The translations under genes and the position numbers were made by a program. Under the pieces are notes generated by a model. The model saw nothing but the letters and a program-made list of their open reading frames with translations, was not told the DNA's origin and did not search any database. From Alcaligenaceae bacterium (GTDB lineage Bacteria > Pseudomonadota > Gammaproteobacteria > Burkholderiales > Burkholderiaceae_B), in NCBI GenBank assembly GCA_029265795.1, contig JAJUGV010000002.1:26873-90872 (forward strand): a DNA stretch of 64,000 bases. The letters are read 5' to 3'. This document shows, piece by piece, positions 27,136-38,812 of this stretch (within the stretch, counting starts at the first letter, position 1; each line of letters opens with the position of its first letter).

Positions 27136-28556
27136 GCCGCAACCGGCTCCTCCTGGCGGCGGGTATAACCGCGCAGTACGCGGCTATACCAGAAGAAAAG
27201 CATCCCGGCTGAAATCATCAGGCCCAGGGTGGACATGACCCACAATGTAGTAGTGCCGATGGGTGCGTCGGGCATTAGGCCGTGAACGAGGCCGGCCAGC
27301 GCACCGTGGCCGGGACCGAATCCCAGCCACCAGCCTCCGCCCAGACCAATTCCGGTCAGGGCGATGACTTGCATCATGAGCGGCACCACCGCGATTTTGT
27401 AGGCCCGCAACAGATAGCTGCCCATGCACTGCAATGCATCGCCAATGTGAAAGAACGGCAGGAGCGTAAGCAGCACGGCAGCTACAGCAGCCACTTGCGC
27501 GTCATCCGTATAGACTTTCAGCAGGGTTCCGCGCCACTGAATTATCAGTGCGGCCGTCACGAGCGCCGCGCCCAAAGCCAACACTATTCCGGCTCGCCCG
27601 TTGAGCCGGGCCAGATGCGGGTCGCGTGCACCGATGGCCTGGGCGGTGAGCGACGAGGTGGCCACGCCGAGCGCCATGGGGATCATGTAGCAAAGCGCTG
27701 CAATATTGGCCATGATCTGGTGAGCGCCGGTCACAAACATGCCTTCACGTGCAGCGAGCAAGGCCATGAACGTGAAGGCGCAGACTTCGATCAAATAAGA
27801 CGCGCCCATGGGAATGCCAAGGCGTAATAGTTCAGCCTGATCGCGCCACCGGATGCGCCCCAGCCGCGGTTGAAAGCGGCGATACCATGGGTTGCGCAGG
27901 ACGGTCCATAAGCCGGCCGACAGCATCATCCAGGACACCACAGCGGTAGCCAGGCCCGCGCCCGCAGCACCCATCGCCGGGAGCCCCATCTTGCCGAACA
28001 TGAAGATCCAGTTGAAGATCAGTTTGCATGCCAGGCCGCACACATTGATGATCATGATCGTGCTAGGACGTGACACGGCGGTGGCCAGGGCATAGATGCT
28101 GCGAAAGGCAAGCGCGGCAGGCAAGGCCAGTGTAAGCGCCTGAAGATAGCGTTTCACCCCGCGACGGACTTCTGCATCCAGTCCACCTGCCACACTTAGC
28201 CAAATGTCAGGTAAGAGCAGGAATACTGAGCCCACTACACACAGACCGGCTGCCAGCCATATCCCTTGCCCCCACAGGCGACCGACTTCCGCATGGCAAC
28301 CCGCGCCGTAATGCTGTGCCAGGATGGGGATCAAAGCGTGCATGACTCCCATCAAACCCACGAATACGGTCACATAAATTGAAATTGCCAGTGCCATGAC
28401 CTGTAAATCGAAGGCGCCGGCGTGCCCGCCCATGGCGGTATCAATGACGCCGAAAGCGACACCAGCCCATGAAGCAATTAGTACCGGCCAGGCCTGCGTG
28501 ACGATTTCCTTGCATCGAGCGCGTAGCGAAGGGTTGGGCGAGGCGCAGGCATGCAT
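27117..28556 (-). CDS. MATE family efflux transporter
   Basis: AWPVLIA, IDTAMGG, FGKMGLPAMGAAGAGLAT; many TM segments. Confidence 0.9.
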   Translation of the reverse strand: MHACASPNPSLRARCKEIVTQAWPVLIASWAGVAFGVIDTAMGGHAGAFDLQVMALAISIYVTVFVGLMGVMHALIPILAQHYGAGCHAEVGRLWGQGIWLAAGLCVVGSVFLLLPDIWLSVAGGLDAEVRRGVKRYLQALTLALPAALAFRSIYALATAVSRPSTIMIINVCGLACKLIFNWIFMFGKMGLPAMGAAGAGLATAVVSWMMLSAGLWTVLRNPWYRRFQPRLGRIRWRDQAELLRLGIPMGASYLIEVCAFTFMALLAAREGMFVTGAHQIMANIAALCYMIPMALGVATSSLTAQAIGARDPHLARLNGRAGIVLALGAALVTAALIIQWRGTLLKVYTDDAQVAAVAAVLLTLLPFFHIGDALQCMGSYLLRAYKIAVVPLMMQVIALTGIGLGGGWWLGFGPGHGALAGLVHGLMPDAPIGTTTLWVMSTLGLMISAGMLFFWYSRVLRGYTRRQEEPVAAQAALR

Positions 28557-30298
28557 CAGCGAGTGACTCTCAGTAAGCGGAACATTTCGTCTCTATCTGC
28601 GGGCCTGCGACCCTGCCACAGGACCGTGGCCGAATCGGGGAAGCCGACACTGCCTTCCCGAACCGCCTGCTGCGTGGTCTGCTGCAAAATCAGTTCGCAT
28701 TGAGAGTCGTAGCTAAAGTCAATGCGGTTGAAGACCAAAAAGGAGGCCCGTTGACCCACACCCACGCCCAGTGCACGAACACATTGCCCGCCGGCATGTT
28801 GTTGCAAAACTTTTGCCAGTTCGCCGGATACCTGCCGGTAGCTCCTGACATAGTCCAGCACGGGCATCCACAACGTAACCAGCAACAACCACGTCGTGAT
28901 CAGCCCTCCGGCCGATAACACCGTACCGCGCCACAGCGCTGCAGGCTTGTTATGCAGACGCCAGCGAACCAGTGCGACCCAGGCCAGCGTCCCAACCAGA
29001 GCAATGAAGACAGCGGGCCACGAGACCGTAATTTCGTAGCCGCGTGTCAGGCGCGTGATGTTGTGATGAATCTGCTGCGGCCAACCGGTGTGCAGCGCGA
29101 ACCAGCCCAGCCACACTGTGGCGGCGGTTAGCGAAAAACACATCACGGCGAACCAGTCTAGCGAGTTAACCACCGCACGACGCAGCGTCGGCAGTGAGAA
29201 GGCGGCGAGCACAGCGGTAGGCACTGCCATTAAGGCGTATTCGGGCTCGAAGACGTCGGCCAAGAAGCACATAGTGAGCAACGGCCACGCCATGAACATC
29301 AACGGCACCCAGATATGGGGCGATGCCAGCCAAGCGCGCCAGCTCCATAGTGCGAGCAGTGCGAAGGGCCAGGTGGGCCAGAGAAACCAGGGCAGGTCAC
29401 GCAATAGACTGAGCAGGACTTCAGTCTGGGGCAGGCCGAATGAATGGCTATTCCACAACCACCAGTTCTGTGCCCAGTACGGGGCATGTATCTTCAGGGG
29501 TATCCACCAGGCCAGGCCGATGGCTAGGGCGATGGCAGCGCTGAGCAATAGCCAGGCACGACGCGGCCAGAGGGCACCTTGGGGGTGAAAGGCGAAGATG
29601 GAGGCCAGGATGATAGGCAGGGCGCCGATCCACCCTCGCGTGAGAAACGCAGCGCCGAGGGCAATGCCCAGAGTCACTGCGCCGGATAAGGGGCGGTCGA
29701 TCGTGCGTGCCACGGCATAAAAGGCCAGCGCCTGGAACGCAATCAAAGCCGGAACTTCCGACGTTTCGTGCATGCGCCACACGATGCCCACCGTCGCCAG
29801 AATGAGCAGCAAAGCGGCATCCGCGATCATGCGGCCGTAATCATGGGCGCTGGGTTCGCCGCCGAAGGGCAGCTCCAGGGGCTGGGGCTCCGGGCGACGA
29901 CCGAGCAAATAACTGCCATACCAGACCGACGCCACCAGAATGCTGAACCAAAGCAGATTAGGCAGACGCGAGGCGATGATGGCGCCATCGTGCGCCGGCA
30001 TGAACATGTCGAATAAGGGAGCAAACAGCCAGATGACTGCTGCCCCGACCCACGTTACCAATGGCCCGTCCTGCGCGTGGGCCAGCACCCCGATCTGTGG
30101 GGCCAGCAGTGCCGAACCATCGGGCTGCGCAAGGGCGCTGACCATTGTTGCCAACCCCACGACGTCGTCTGTTTTCCAGGGATCGCGAAAGAACAGGCCC
30201 GCCAATATATATATGGCACTGATCAGCAGCAGAAAGGGCCTGGAAAGCTTGACGGTCGCCGTCTCGGTCAGGCGGGCTGGTGTGGAACGGGAATCCAT
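28556..30298 (-). CDS. ArnT/PMT-like (GT-C) membrane glycosyltransferase
   Basis: RDPWKTDD motif, multiple TM segments, lies between rpmE and MATE. Confidence 0.75.
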   Translation of the reverse strand: MDSRSTPARLTETATVKLSRPFLLLISAIYILAGLFFRDPWKTDDVVGLATMVSALAQPDGSALLAPQIGVLAHAQDGPLVTWVGAAVIWLFAPLFDMFMPAHDGAIIASRLPNLLWFSILVASVWYGSYLLGRRPEPQPLELPFGGEPSAHDYGRMIADAALLLILATVGIVWRMHETSEVPALIAFQALAFYAVARTIDRPLSGAVTLGIALGAAFLTRGWIGALPIILASIFAFHPQGALWPRRAWLLLSAAIALAIGLAWWIPLKIHAPYWAQNWWLWNSHSFGLPQTEVLLSLLRDLPWFLWPTWPFALLALWSWRAWLASPHIWVPLMFMAWPLLTMCFLADVFEPEYALMAVPTAVLAAFSLPTLRRAVVNSLDWFAVMCFSLTAATVWLGWFALHTGWPQQIHHNITRLTRGYEITVSWPAVFIALVGTLAWVALVRWRLHNKPAALWRGTVLSAGGLITTWLLLVTLWMPVLDYVRSYRQVSGELAKVLQQHAGGQCVRALGVGVGQRASFLVFNRIDFSYDSQCELILQQTTQQAVREGSVGFPDSATVLWQGRRPADRDEMFRLLRVTR

Positions 30299-30426
30299 CT
30301 TCTCGTGGGCGTATGAAACAAAGGGCCAGGAAGCAATCGCAGCCTTTCGTGAAGGCAGCGTCACCGCTCGGGCGGCCACTCATTATAGGCAGGAGCGCCG
30401 CAGAACATATTTGGTGTCTTAGCGAC

Positions 30427-30453
30427 AAAAAAAGCAGCCCGCAGGCTGCTTTT
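30427..30453 (-). terminator. Terminator after rpmE
   Basis: AAAAGCAGCC-CGCA-GGCTGCTTTT. Confidence 0.8.
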
Positions 30454-30475
30454 GTGCAAACAGCGCCGGGGCTGT

Positions 30476-30739
30476 TTACGAGGCGTTGCGCGTGCCCATC
30501 GTGCGAGCGAAGCGAGCGCGGAATTTCTCGACGCGACCGGTTTCGACGATACGGGTCTGGGCACCCGTGTAGAAGGGGTGCGACTCGGACGTCACGTCAC
30601 ACTTAAAGAGCGGGTAGGTCTTGCCTTCGTGCTCGATGGTTTCACGGGTGTTCACAGTGGAACGAGTGATGAACTTCGAACCAGTCTGTTGATCCAGGAA
30701 CACCACTTCGCGGTATTCGGGGTGGATGCCTTCTTTCAT
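30476..30739 (-). CDS. rpmE: 50S ribosomal protein L31, type B
   Basis: [14 protein letters not shown]...SESHPFYTG...GRVEKF; no CxxC. Confidence 0.96.
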   Translation of the reverse strand: MKEGIHPEYREVVFLDQQTGSKFITRSTVNTRETIEHEGKTYPLFKCDVTSESHPFYTGAQTRIVETGRVEKFRARFARTMGTRNAS

Positions 30740-30941
30740 GTCGATTCCTGTCGTGGAAAATTTGGGTCGCCAGCCACAAGAGTCGTATCCTGTCGCCATC
30801 CGGTGGTATGTACCATTCGGTGGTATGAACTGATGGCGCGCTCTTGCAGGCAACGTATCCGTGGGTAACTCTTAATTCTAGCCTGCCTGATTAGCGCTTA
30901 CAAGCGAAACCGGCGGTTTGTGTTCGGTGGGTGCCGTATTG

Positions 30942-31625
30942 CTACAACGATCCTCGTTCAGCGAGCGAGACGGCCCCGGTGGCGGTCACGATCAGGTGAT
31001 CCAGCAGGCGAACGTCCACCAGCGCCAGCGCCTTGCGCAGATGCTGGGTGAGCGCCAGGTCGGCCTGACTGGGCTCGGCCACACCCGAGGGGTGGTTGTG
31101 CGCCAGTATCAGAGCTGCTGCATGGTGCCGCAATGCCGCCTTAATGATTTCGCGAGGGTAAACCGACGACTGGCTGAGGGTGCCCCGCGATACCTCGTCG
31201 CAGGCGATCAGGCGGAAACGCGTGTCCAGGTAAAGCGCTACACAGTGCTCGATCTTCAGATGAGCCAGCAGTGCCACGCAATAGCGTTTGACGCGCTCAG
31301 GTCGATCCAGCGTTTCACCCTTGCGCAGCTCTTCTTCCAGCGCCCGTCGGCTAAGTTCGTTGATGGCCAGGATCTCGCAGGCCTTGGCCTGCCCCAGCCC
31401 AGGCAGCGACAGTAGTGTGGCGGCATCCGATGCCAGTAATTCGCGCAGGCCGCCACAATGATGGATCAGGCGATGGCCGAGCTCGACGGCCGAGCATCCA
31501 CGGATCCCCGTACGCAGAATGATGGCTAGTAATTCTGCGGATGTCAGTACTTGAGGGCCGTGCGCCAGCAGGCGTTCGCGAGGGCGTTCGGAGGTGCGGG
31601 TGGCCATGGGTAGGTTCGTATTCAT
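30942..31625 (-). CDS. radC: RadC family JAB-domain protein
   Basis: ERPRERLL, VYPRE, AHNHPSG, LLDHLIV; start uncertain. Confidence 0.93.
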   Translation of the reverse strand: MNTNLPMATRTSERPRERLLAHGPQVLTSAELLAIILRTGIRGCSAVELGHRLIHHCGGLRELLASDAATLLSLPGLGQAKACEILAINELSRRALEEELRKGETLDRPERVKRYCVALLAHLKIEHCVALYLDTRFRLIACDEVSRGTLSQSSVYPREIIKAALRHHAAALILAHNHPSGVAEPSQADLALTQHLRKALALVDVRLLDHLIVTATGAVSLAERGSL

Positions 31626-31674
31626 TAAAGGCTCTAAAATAGGGAAGTTCATCAACCCTATACGGTGGCAGATT

Positions 31675-32151
31675 TTGACTTCCCCATCCGACTCAGTGAA
31701 CGCTTTTGTCCGTCCTGATTCCTACCTGACTCTCCACTATCGCATCGAGTTGGCCAGTGGCCCAGCCGCCGGCTCCGTCTTTGCAGACACTTTCACCGGC
31801 CGTCCGGGCACCCTGCAGTTAGGCATGGGGCAATGGGCGCCCGGCTTGGAGGCCGCTCTGGTAGGCCGCAAGGAAGGGGAGCGGTTTACGTTCGAGGTGC
31901 CGGCCGTCGAGGCCTATGGCGATCGTAATCCGGAGCTCCTGCAGTGGGTGGCGCGCAGCATGATAGAAGCCGAAGCCGCCGATCCGGCCGAATTCACGCC
32001 CGGTGAGGTCGTGGAATTTACAGCGCCCAATGGCGCACGGTACGCGGGCGTCCTCAAGGAGCTCAACGAGGAAAGTGCCCTGTTCGATTTCAATCATCCT
32101 CTCGCAGGCATTGATTTGCGGGTGGAAGTTTCGCTATTGGGAGTTCTCTGA
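31675..32151 (+). CDS. slpA: FKBP-type peptidyl-prolyl isomerase SlpA
   Basis: [14 protein letters not shown]; coupled to ispH; probable TTG start. Confidence 0.88.
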   Translation: MTSPSDSVNAFVRPDSYLTLHYRIELASGPAAGSVFADTFTGRPGTLQLGMGQWAPGLEAALVGRKEGERFTFEVPAVEAYGDRNPELLQWVARSMIEAEAADPAEFTPGEVVEFTAPNGARYAGVLKELNEESALFDFNHPLAGIDLRVEVSLLGVL

Positions 32152-33125
32152 TGACTACCGGTTTTCCTGCTGACGGTGCTCAGGCGCAGGTGCTGCTGGC
32201 ACAGCCACGTGGTTTCTGCGCGGGTGTCGACCGTGCGATTGACATCGTCGAGCGCGCACTGGAGCTGTTCGGAGCCCCGATCTACGTGCGTCACGAAATT
32301 GTGCACAACCGCTACGTGGTGAACGACCTTCGTGAAAAAGGGGCCATCTTTATCGACGAGCTGGATGAGGCGCCCGAGGGGGCAACCGTGATTTTCTCGG
32401 CTCACGGGGTCTCGCGTGCGGTGAAAGAAGAGGCGGACCGTCGCGGTTTGCGTGTCTTTGACGCTACCTGCCCGCTCGTGACCAAGGTGCACGTCGAAGT
32501 CTCCCGTATGCGCAAAGCCGGCCGCGAGATCATCATGATCGGCCACAAAGGGCATCCGGAAGTCGAAGGCACCCTGGGCCAGGCCGAAGGCGGCATGTAT
32601 TTGGTCGAAACGCCGCAAGATGTTGCCCAGCTGCAGGTTAAAGATCCGGAGAATCTCGCGTTCGTCACCCAGACCACTCTGTCGGTAGACGATGCTGCAG
32701 AAGTTGCTCAGGCATTGCGAGATCGTTTTCCGGGCATCGTCGAGCCGCGCAAGAGCGACATCTGCTACGCCACTCAGAATCGTCAGGATGCAGTCAAAAT
32801 CATGGCGCCGCAGTGCGACCTGGTGCTGGTGGTGGGCAGTGCCAACAGCTCTAACTCCAACCGCCTGCGTGAAGTGGCCGAACGCATGGGAGTGCGAGCC
32901 TACCTGGTTGACGGCCCCGACATGATTCAGGCGGAATGGCTGCAAGGTACGCAACGGGTCGGCGTGACGGCAGGTGCGTCCGCCCCGGAAATCCTAGTGG
33001 CTCAAGTGCTTGATCGGCTCAAAGAGCTTGGCGCTATTTCAGTGCGGACGCTGGAAGGCGTTGCCGAGAATGTCTCCTTCCCCTTGCCTCGTGAACTTTC
33101 CCGCAAGCTCAAGGACGTCTCTTGA
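32151..33125 (+). CDS. ispH: HMBPP reductase
   Basis: [36 protein letters not shown]. Confidence 0.99.
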   Translation: MTTGFPADGAQAQVLLAQPRGFCAGVDRAIDIVERALELFGAPIYVRHEIVHNRYVVNDLREKGAIFIDELDEAPEGATVIFSAHGVSRAVKEEADRRGLRVFDATCPLVTKVHVEVSRMRKAGREIIMIGHKGHPEVEGTLGQAEGGMYLVETPQDVAQLQVKDPENLAFVTQTTLSVDDAAEVAQALRDRFPGIVEPRKSDICYATQNRQDAVKIMAPQCDLVLVVGSANSSNSNRLREVAERMGVRAYLVDGPDMIQAEWLQGTQRVGVTAGASAPEILVAQVLDRLKELGAISVRTLEGVAENVSFPLPRELSRKLKDVS

Positions 33126-33772
33126 TGAAGCTCTACGGTTATTTCCGCAGCTCAGCCGCTTACCGCGTACGTATCGCTCTGAATCTAAAGGGTGTTGAAT
33201 ACGAGACAGTGCCCGTGCATCTGTTGAAAGACGGCGGCCAGCAATTTTCTGATTCTTATAAAGCGCTGAATCCCACTGCGCTGGTGCCCACGCTGGTAGA
33301 CGGAGACTTGGCCATTGGCCAGTCGATGGCCATTCTGGAATATCTCGAAGAAACTCACCCCGAACCGGCTCTGCTGCCCACAGACCCCGCAGGGCGAGCC
33401 CGCGTGCGAGCAATCGCTCAAACCATTGCATGCGACATCCATCCGCTGAACAACCTGCGGGTGCTCAAGCATCTCAAGCATGGTTTGGGCGTCGACGAAG
33501 ACACAAAAAACGCCTGGTACCGGCACTGGATTGATGTCGGCCTTACATCTGTTGAGGCCATGCTCGCCGGTCACCCTGCCACGGGTCGATTCTGTCACGG
33601 TGATCAAGTGACTCTGGCAGACGTTCTGCTTGTGCCGCAGGTATTCAACGCCCGGCGTTTCGAGTGCGACCTGAGTGCAATGCCTACTGTTACACGCATC
33701 GTCGATGCGTGTTCAGAACTGGACGCCTTTGTGCAGGCGGAACCGGCTCGTCAGCCGGACGCCACAGACTGA
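33125..33772 (+). CDS. maiA: Maleylacetoacetate isomerase (GST zeta)
   Basis: YFRSSAAYRVRIAL, CDIHPLNNLRVL. Confidence 0.93.
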   Translation: MKLYGYFRSSAAYRVRIALNLKGVEYETVPVHLLKDGGQQFSDSYKALNPTALVPTLVDGDLAIGQSMAILEYLEETHPEPALLPTDPAGRARVRAIAQTIACDIHPLNNLRVLKHLKHGLGVDEDTKNAWYRHWIDVGLTSVEAMLAGHPATGRFCHGDQVTLADVLLVPQVFNARRFECDLSAMPTVTRIVDACSELDAFVQAEPARQPDATD

Positions 33773-33791
33773 GTTGACCAATAACCTGAGC

Positions 33792-34583
33792 ATGAAAGCA
33801 GCCGCCAATCTCAGCCTTCTGTATGGTCAGCTTCCTCTTGAAGAACGGTTCGCTGCTGCGCGTGATCACGGCTTCACGGCGGTGGAAATCCTGTTCCCCT
33901 ACGATCAAGAGCCGCAATGGTATGCCCGCAAGCTGAAAGACCACGGCTTGCAGCTGGTTCTGGTCAACACCCCCAGCGATCCTGATACGGCGCCCTGGGG
34001 CCGAGCTGGGCTGCCGGGGCAGGAAGCCGCCTTCCGTCACGATTTCGCGCGCGCAGCGCAGGTGTGTAGGGCGAGTGGCTGTGGGGCGGTGCATGTCATG
34101 GCGGGGTGTCCGCCAATGGGCGAGCGGGAAGCGGGGCGGCAGACGCTACTGGCCAATCTTCAATGGGCCGCCGACACCTATCCCGATTTGACGCTGCAGC
34201 TCGAAGCGCTCAATCAATTCGACGTGCCGGGCTATCACTACAGTAAACCGGCAGAGGTTCGGGAGATCCTGGCGCTGGCGGGTGTGGAGCAGGCGGGTAT
34301 GCAGTTCGATTTTTATCACACGCGACGTCAAGGCTTGGACGTGGTCGCCGAGCTCGAGGCTTCGTTGCCCTGGATCCGTCATGTACAGGTTGCCGGCAGC
34401 CCGGCCCGCCAAGAGCCCGATCTTGCACGGGATATCGGTTTCCTGCAGGGCTTTCGGCGACTTTATGAATCGGGCTATCGCGGCCACGTAGGTTTCGAGT
34501 ATCGTCCCGCGGGGCGGGTTTCAGAAGGTCTGCGTTGGGCCCAAGACCTTGCCCCTTATTTTTCTCAACAACCCACGGCCTAG
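33792..34583 (+). CDS. Hydroxypyruvate isomerase family TIM-barrel protein
   Basis: AANLSLLY, AVEILFPY, QFDFYH, HVQVAG, EYRP. Confidence 0.88.
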   Translation: MKAAANLSLLYGQLPLEERFAAARDHGFTAVEILFPYDQEPQWYARKLKDHGLQLVLVNTPSDPDTAPWGRAGLPGQEAAFRHDFARAAQVCRASGCGAVHVMAGCPPMGEREAGRQTLLANLQWAADTYPDLTLQLEALNQFDVPGYHYSKPAEVREILALAGVEQAGMQFDFYHTRRQGLDVVAELEASLPWIRHVQVAGSPARQEPDLARDIGFLQGFRRLYESGYRGHVGFEYRPAGRVSEGLRWAQDLAPYFSQQPTA

Positions 34584-34607
34584 CTCCGTGTACTACGGGA
34601 ATCATCC

Positions 34608-36044
34608 ATGAAAAAGACTGCCGTCCTTGCCGGCTCCCTGCTTGTTGCTGCAGCTGCATACACCGGGGTGGCCTGGTATGTGGGTTCGGAGGCCGAAAAA
34701 ACCATAAGGACGGCGGTCGATCGCGCCAACCAGCAGATCGTAAAGACACTGGGGCCGGATTTAGGTAGTGTGGGTGCAACCATCGAAATAGCAGACTACC
34801 AGCGCGGTGTATTTTCCTCTCGTGCGCGTTATACCGTTGCCGTACAGGATGGTGAAGACCGCGTCGTGTTCACCATGCACGATTTAATGCAGCATGGCCC
34901 ATTTCCTCTGGACCTGTTGCGACAAGGCGAACTGGCGCCTCAATTGGCGTACAGCCGCAGCCAACTTGAAGATACCGAGTCAGTGAAACGATGGTTTGAC
35001 GCCGCACGGGGCGCGCTGCCGTTGACGGCGCAGACGCGCATCGGTTTTAACGGGCAAGGCAGCACGGTGTGGGAGTTGGCACCGTTACAGTGGATGGCGG
35101 ATGGCGACCGGTTCTCTTTCAGCGGTGGGCAGATGCAGGCGCGCTTCACCAACGACTTTCGTGACAGTGTGGCTCACGGCCATTTCGATGGGCTGGTCGT
35201 GGGTGAGGGCAGCGATGGCGAAACGGTTTCGCTGGAAAACATCCGCTTTGAGTCCCGATCGAGCACGGCGAGTGACGATTCTGTCCAGATGCACAGTACA
35301 GTGAAGGTGGATTCCCTGGTGGTTGACGCCGTGGCCGCCCAAAGCTTGAAACTGGAGCATGTGTCGTTGGCATTTGACAGCCGCCAGCAGGCTTCGTTAC
35401 TGGACGCTGCCTTGCGCTATGACGTTGAACGTATGCTCGTCGGTGACATCGATCTGGGCAGCATCACCCTTGGCGGTAAAGTGGCCCGCCTCGATTTCGA
35501 GGCCTTCTCAGCGCTGCTGTCCGAATACGATGCTATCGCCGCTGAGCATGGCGCACAAGACGGCGAGGATTTCGATCTGACCGAAAAAGACGAAGCGCGT
35601 TTGATGGCCCGAATCGTCCCGGCACTGGCTTCGAGCCCGGAAGTTGCCGTTCAACCGGTCAGTTGGCGCAATGCAAAGGGCGAGACGACGTTGGCTTTGA
35701 ATATCGCTATGCAGCCTCTGCCGGACGGCGATGTACAGGCCCAGGAAGAAGCCCTCGCCGATTCTGTACGGGAAATGCGCCTCGAAATCGCGCTATCGCG
35801 TCCCATGCTGTTGGAGGCAATCTCCCGTGCTACCGGCGGCGATGACGAGGCAAGCGAATTCGAAGTCTTCGCCGGCCTGATGTTCGACGCCTATACCGAG
35901 CGTTTGCAGCGGCAAGGTTTGGTGCGCCGGGAAGACGACCGCGTACTGAGTACAGCCGTTTATCGCGACGGCGTAGTGACGCTGAACGGGCAGCAAATGA
36001 GCGTGGAAGAATTCTTGATTCTGTTGGGTGCTTTCGGCCTGTAG
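34608..36044 (+). CDS. YdgA/DUF945 family protein
   Basis: N-terminal anchor YTGVAWYVG, YQRGVFSS, HGPFP, C-terminal TLNGQQM. Confidence 0.85.
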   Translation: MKKTAVLAGSLLVAAAAYTGVAWYVGSEAEKTIRTAVDRANQQIVKTLGPDLGSVGATIEIADYQRGVFSSRARYTVAVQDGEDRVVFTMHDLMQHGPFPLDLLRQGELAPQLAYSRSQLEDTESVKRWFDAARGALPLTAQTRIGFNGQGSTVWELAPLQWMADGDRFSFSGGQMQARFTNDFRDSVAHGHFDGLVVGEGSDGETVSLENIRFESRSSTASDDSVQMHSTVKVDSLVVDAVAAQSLKLEHVSLAFDSRQQASLLDAALRYDVERMLVGDIDLGSITLGGKVARLDFEAFSALLSEYDAIAAEHGAQDGEDFDLTEKDEARLMARIVPALASSPEVAVQPVSWRNAKGETTLALNIAMQPLPDGDVQAQEEALADSVREMRLEIALSRPMLLEAISRATGGDDEASEFEVFAGLMFDAYTERLQRQGLVRREDDRVLSTAVYRDGVVTLNGQQMSVEEFLILLGAFGL

Positions 36045-36158
36045 GCGTCGCCGCAATGCGTCATCCTAGGGATTACTAGCACTAGCTTCGAGCGGTTCAC
36101 TTGTTGTAAAAGTTTGTAGCACTCTCGAATGAGCCAACTTTTATAGCAAGGTGGGCAT

Positions 36159-38252
36159 ATGGCAGCACGCACATCGGGGCATAGTGCCCGAGCAAGCTGG
36201 TGGTCCCGCAGCAGTCTGGCGTCCAAGTTGTTTATCGTCACCTCTGTTGCAACAGTGTTGGTGATGGCAACCATTGCGGTCATTATGGGCTGGCAGAGCC
36301 TGCAGACCGCCCGACAGGCTGTCTACCGCGAAATCGCAACCTCTCTTGAGGGCGTTGATCGGTCGTTGCAGTTGGCCTACACCACCGCCCGCGACCGAGC
36401 CGGGCAGTTGATTCCGGTGCTGGAACGTGAATTGGGGGGCAGGCCCTACCTGGACGGCAGCGCCGACGATACCGGCGTCCCCTTGCTGATTGTCGACGAC
36501 ACCATCATCAACGGCGACATCGGCCACTTGCTACGCATGAACGAAAATACCGGGGCAGACCCGGCGGTCATCGTCAAAGCCCCGCAGGGTTGGGTACGTG
36601 TGGCCACACTGTTGCGCGACGCGCAGGGCGAGGTGCGCCTAAATAGCGTGGTGGAGCCCGACGACTTGTTGGCCCGTACCCTAGACTCCGGTGAGCCGTA
36701 TGGGGGGCTGGTGCAGCGCAATGGCCGCTGGTATGCCATGAGTATCATGCCTTTGGCTGACGAGGCCGGTGTTGTCTATGGCGGCCTGTCCGTGCGCGTG
36801 GATGTGCATCAACAGGTGGCCGATGTCATTCAGCTCGTCACGCAAAGCCAGGTGGCGGAATACGGTAGTCTGGGGCTGCTGACTCGCAGCCCATCCGGGC
36901 GCCTGCAAGTCGTGGCTGCCGGCGAAGGCGCGCTTTTCGGGCTCCAACAGGGCGCGGCCGAAGACCTCCTCAATATGCACTTAGACGAATCAAGCGGCTT
37001 TGTGGAAATCACGCCCCCCGATGGCGACTCACATCTGGTGGTTTGGCAGTCCATCGATAACTGGGGCTGGGTCCTTTATGGGGCAGGCGAAGAGTCTCTC
37101 TTCATGGCAGCCAACCTACGGGTGATCATCATGCAGATGGTGATGATGCTGGTCGGTACCCTGCTTATTTCTCTGCTGGTGGGCTCGCTGGCGGCGCGCA
37201 CCTTGCGCCCGGTACGTGACATCATGCAGCGCATGGAAAAACTTGGCCAGGGTGATCTCACGGCAAGACTGCCCGAAGTACCTGCGCGCAGCCGCAACGA
37301 AGTGCATGCGTTGTACGACTATCTGCGGCGCACACAAGGCAATCTGCAACAGACCATTGGTACGGTCAGAACCAGTGTCGACGAAATCAACCTTGGCGCA
37401 GACGAGATCGCTGCCGGTAACGCCGACCTGTCCAGCCGTACTGAACAGCAGGCTGCCTCTTTGCAGCAAACAGCGGCCAGCATGGAACAATTAGCCGCAG
37501 TGGTGCGACAGAACTCCGACAATGCCGGTACGGCGAATGAACTGGCCGCCGCAGCATCCCGAGTGGCGGAAGAGGGCGGCAGGGCCGTCGACGGCGTCGT
37601 CGAGCGCATGGGCCGCATTTCTGCGGGTTCGAGCAAGATCGGCGAAATCGTCGGCGTCATTGACGGCATTGCATTCCAGACCAACATTCTGGCCCTTAAT
37701 GCAGCCGTCGAGGCGGCCCGGGCGGGCGAACAGGGCAAGGGCTTTGCCGTCGTGGCCTCCGAAGTTCGTTCGTTGGCTCAGCGCAGCGCACAGGCGGCTC
37801 GCGAAATCAAAGAATTGATCGAAGACGCGCTCGAAGAAGTGCAGGCCGGCGAGCAGCAGGTGCAGTCAGCAGGTACGACTATGCGTGAACTGCTGAGTTC
37901 AGTGGGTCGTGTCTCGCAGATTATGAACGATATCTCCACTGCCTCTAATGAACAGTCAAGCGGCATCGATCAGGTCAACACCGCCATCATGCAGATGGAT
38001 TCGGTCACTCAGCAGAACGCCGCATTGGTCGAAGAAGCGGCCACCGCGGCGGAGTCACTGCGTGAGCAAGCGCGTAAGCTGTCGGAAGCCGTCGCCGTGT
38101 TCCGATTGCCCGACAGTTCCGGTCACCCGGTCATCGACATCACCAACGCCGAACAACAACATGCGCACCGTAGGCAAGCGCTTGAAGACCCGCAGCAACA
38201 TGCGCCAGATCTTGCAGGCCCGGAACACGCCCAAGCCTTGCGGTTGGCCTGA
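36159..38252 (+). CDS. Methyl-accepting chemotaxis protein (Cache-type sensor, HAMP)
   Basis: Two TM segments; [34 protein letters not shown]. Confidence 0.96.
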   Translation: MAARTSGHSARASWWSRSSLASKLFIVTSVATVLVMATIAVIMGWQSLQTARQAVYREIATSLEGVDRSLQLAYTTARDRAGQLIPVLERELGGRPYLDGSADDTGVPLLIVDDTIINGDIGHLLRMNENTGADPAVIVKAPQGWVRVATLLRDAQGEVRLNSVVEPDDLLARTLDSGEPYGGLVQRNGRWYAMSIMPLADEAGVVYGGLSVRVDVHQQVADVIQLVTQSQVAEYGSLGLLTRSPSGRLQVVAAGEGALFGLQQGAAEDLLNMHLDESSGFVEITPPDGDSHLVVWQSIDNWGWVLYGAGEESLFMAANLRVIIMQMVMMLVGTLLISLLVGSLAARTLRPVRDIMQRMEKLGQGDLTARLPEVPARSRNEVHALYDYLRRTQGNLQQTIGTVRTSVDEINLGADEIAAGNADLSSRTEQQAASLQQTAASMEQLAAVVRQNSDNAGTANELAAAASRVAEEGGRAVDGVVERMGRISAGSSKIGEIVGVIDGIAFQTNILALNAAVEAARAGEQGKGFAVVASEVRSLAQRSAQAAREIKELIEDALEEVQAGEQQVQSAGTTMRELLSSVGRVSQIMNDISTASNEQSSGIDQVNTAIMQMDSVTQQNAALVEEAATAAESLREQARKLSEAVAVFRLPDSSGHPVIDITNAEQQHAHRRQALEDPQQHAPDLAGPEHAQALRLA

Positions 38253-38284
38253 CTCCGTGGCAGCGGCCGTCGCCGTTGCCCGGT

Positions 38285-38812
38285 CTAGTAATACTGCGAC
38301 ACGATCTGCGTGAAGGCCTCTTCGGCAGACTTACCGGCACGCATCAACTGGCTGATTTCTCCCGCATATTGGGCGATATCTTCGGGCAGGTTGTCGCGGT
38401 GTGCGCGATAGTACGCGTACTTGTCCTGCTCCACAGTATCGACCGCCACCGCCGGAGCTGCACGACGGCGCACGGGGCTACCGGAAGAATTAGCCGAATC
38501 ACGGTTAGTGCTGCGGCGCGGGCTGCGTTTGCCTGATATCGCGGCTTGCACGGCCTCCAAGGTATACACAGGGGACAAAGAATCGGCGACATTGCCTGAA
38601 TCGTTCAGGCGCAACAGCAAATGCTTGCCGTCGAATCCCATTTTGCGTTCGCCCCTGCCGATCACTTGGTAGATCGGGCGCTTGCTGTGACCGGGAAGCT
38701 CGAACTGCACCCTGTCGCCATAGGATTCCATGCGTTCCATGACATCCTTTAAATAATCGGCCGACAGGGACTCCAGTGTGCCATTCCAGCGTTTCGAACG
38801 GGTAGTGCTCAA
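38285..38812 (-). CDS. Hypothetical protein
   Basis: 175-aa ORF filling a gap with natural protein-like composition. Confidence 0.7.
   Translation of the reverse strand: MSTTRSKRWNGTLESLSADYLKDVMERMESYGDRVQFELPGHSKRPIYQVIGRGERKMGFDGKHLLLRLNDSGNVADSLSPVYTLEAVQAAISGKRSPRRSTNRDSANSSGSPVRRRAAPAVAVDTVEQDKYAYYRAHRDNLPEDIAQYAGEISQLMRAGKSAEEAFTQIVSQYY

Noticed and set aside
30476-30739. Zn-free L31 as a sign of a Zur-regulated paralog
   Set aside because: Type B L31 is the usual form in this group and I saw no clear Zur box
30942-31625. radC as a mobile-element or defence marker
   Set aside because: Full-length chromosomal form in the usual slpA-ispH context
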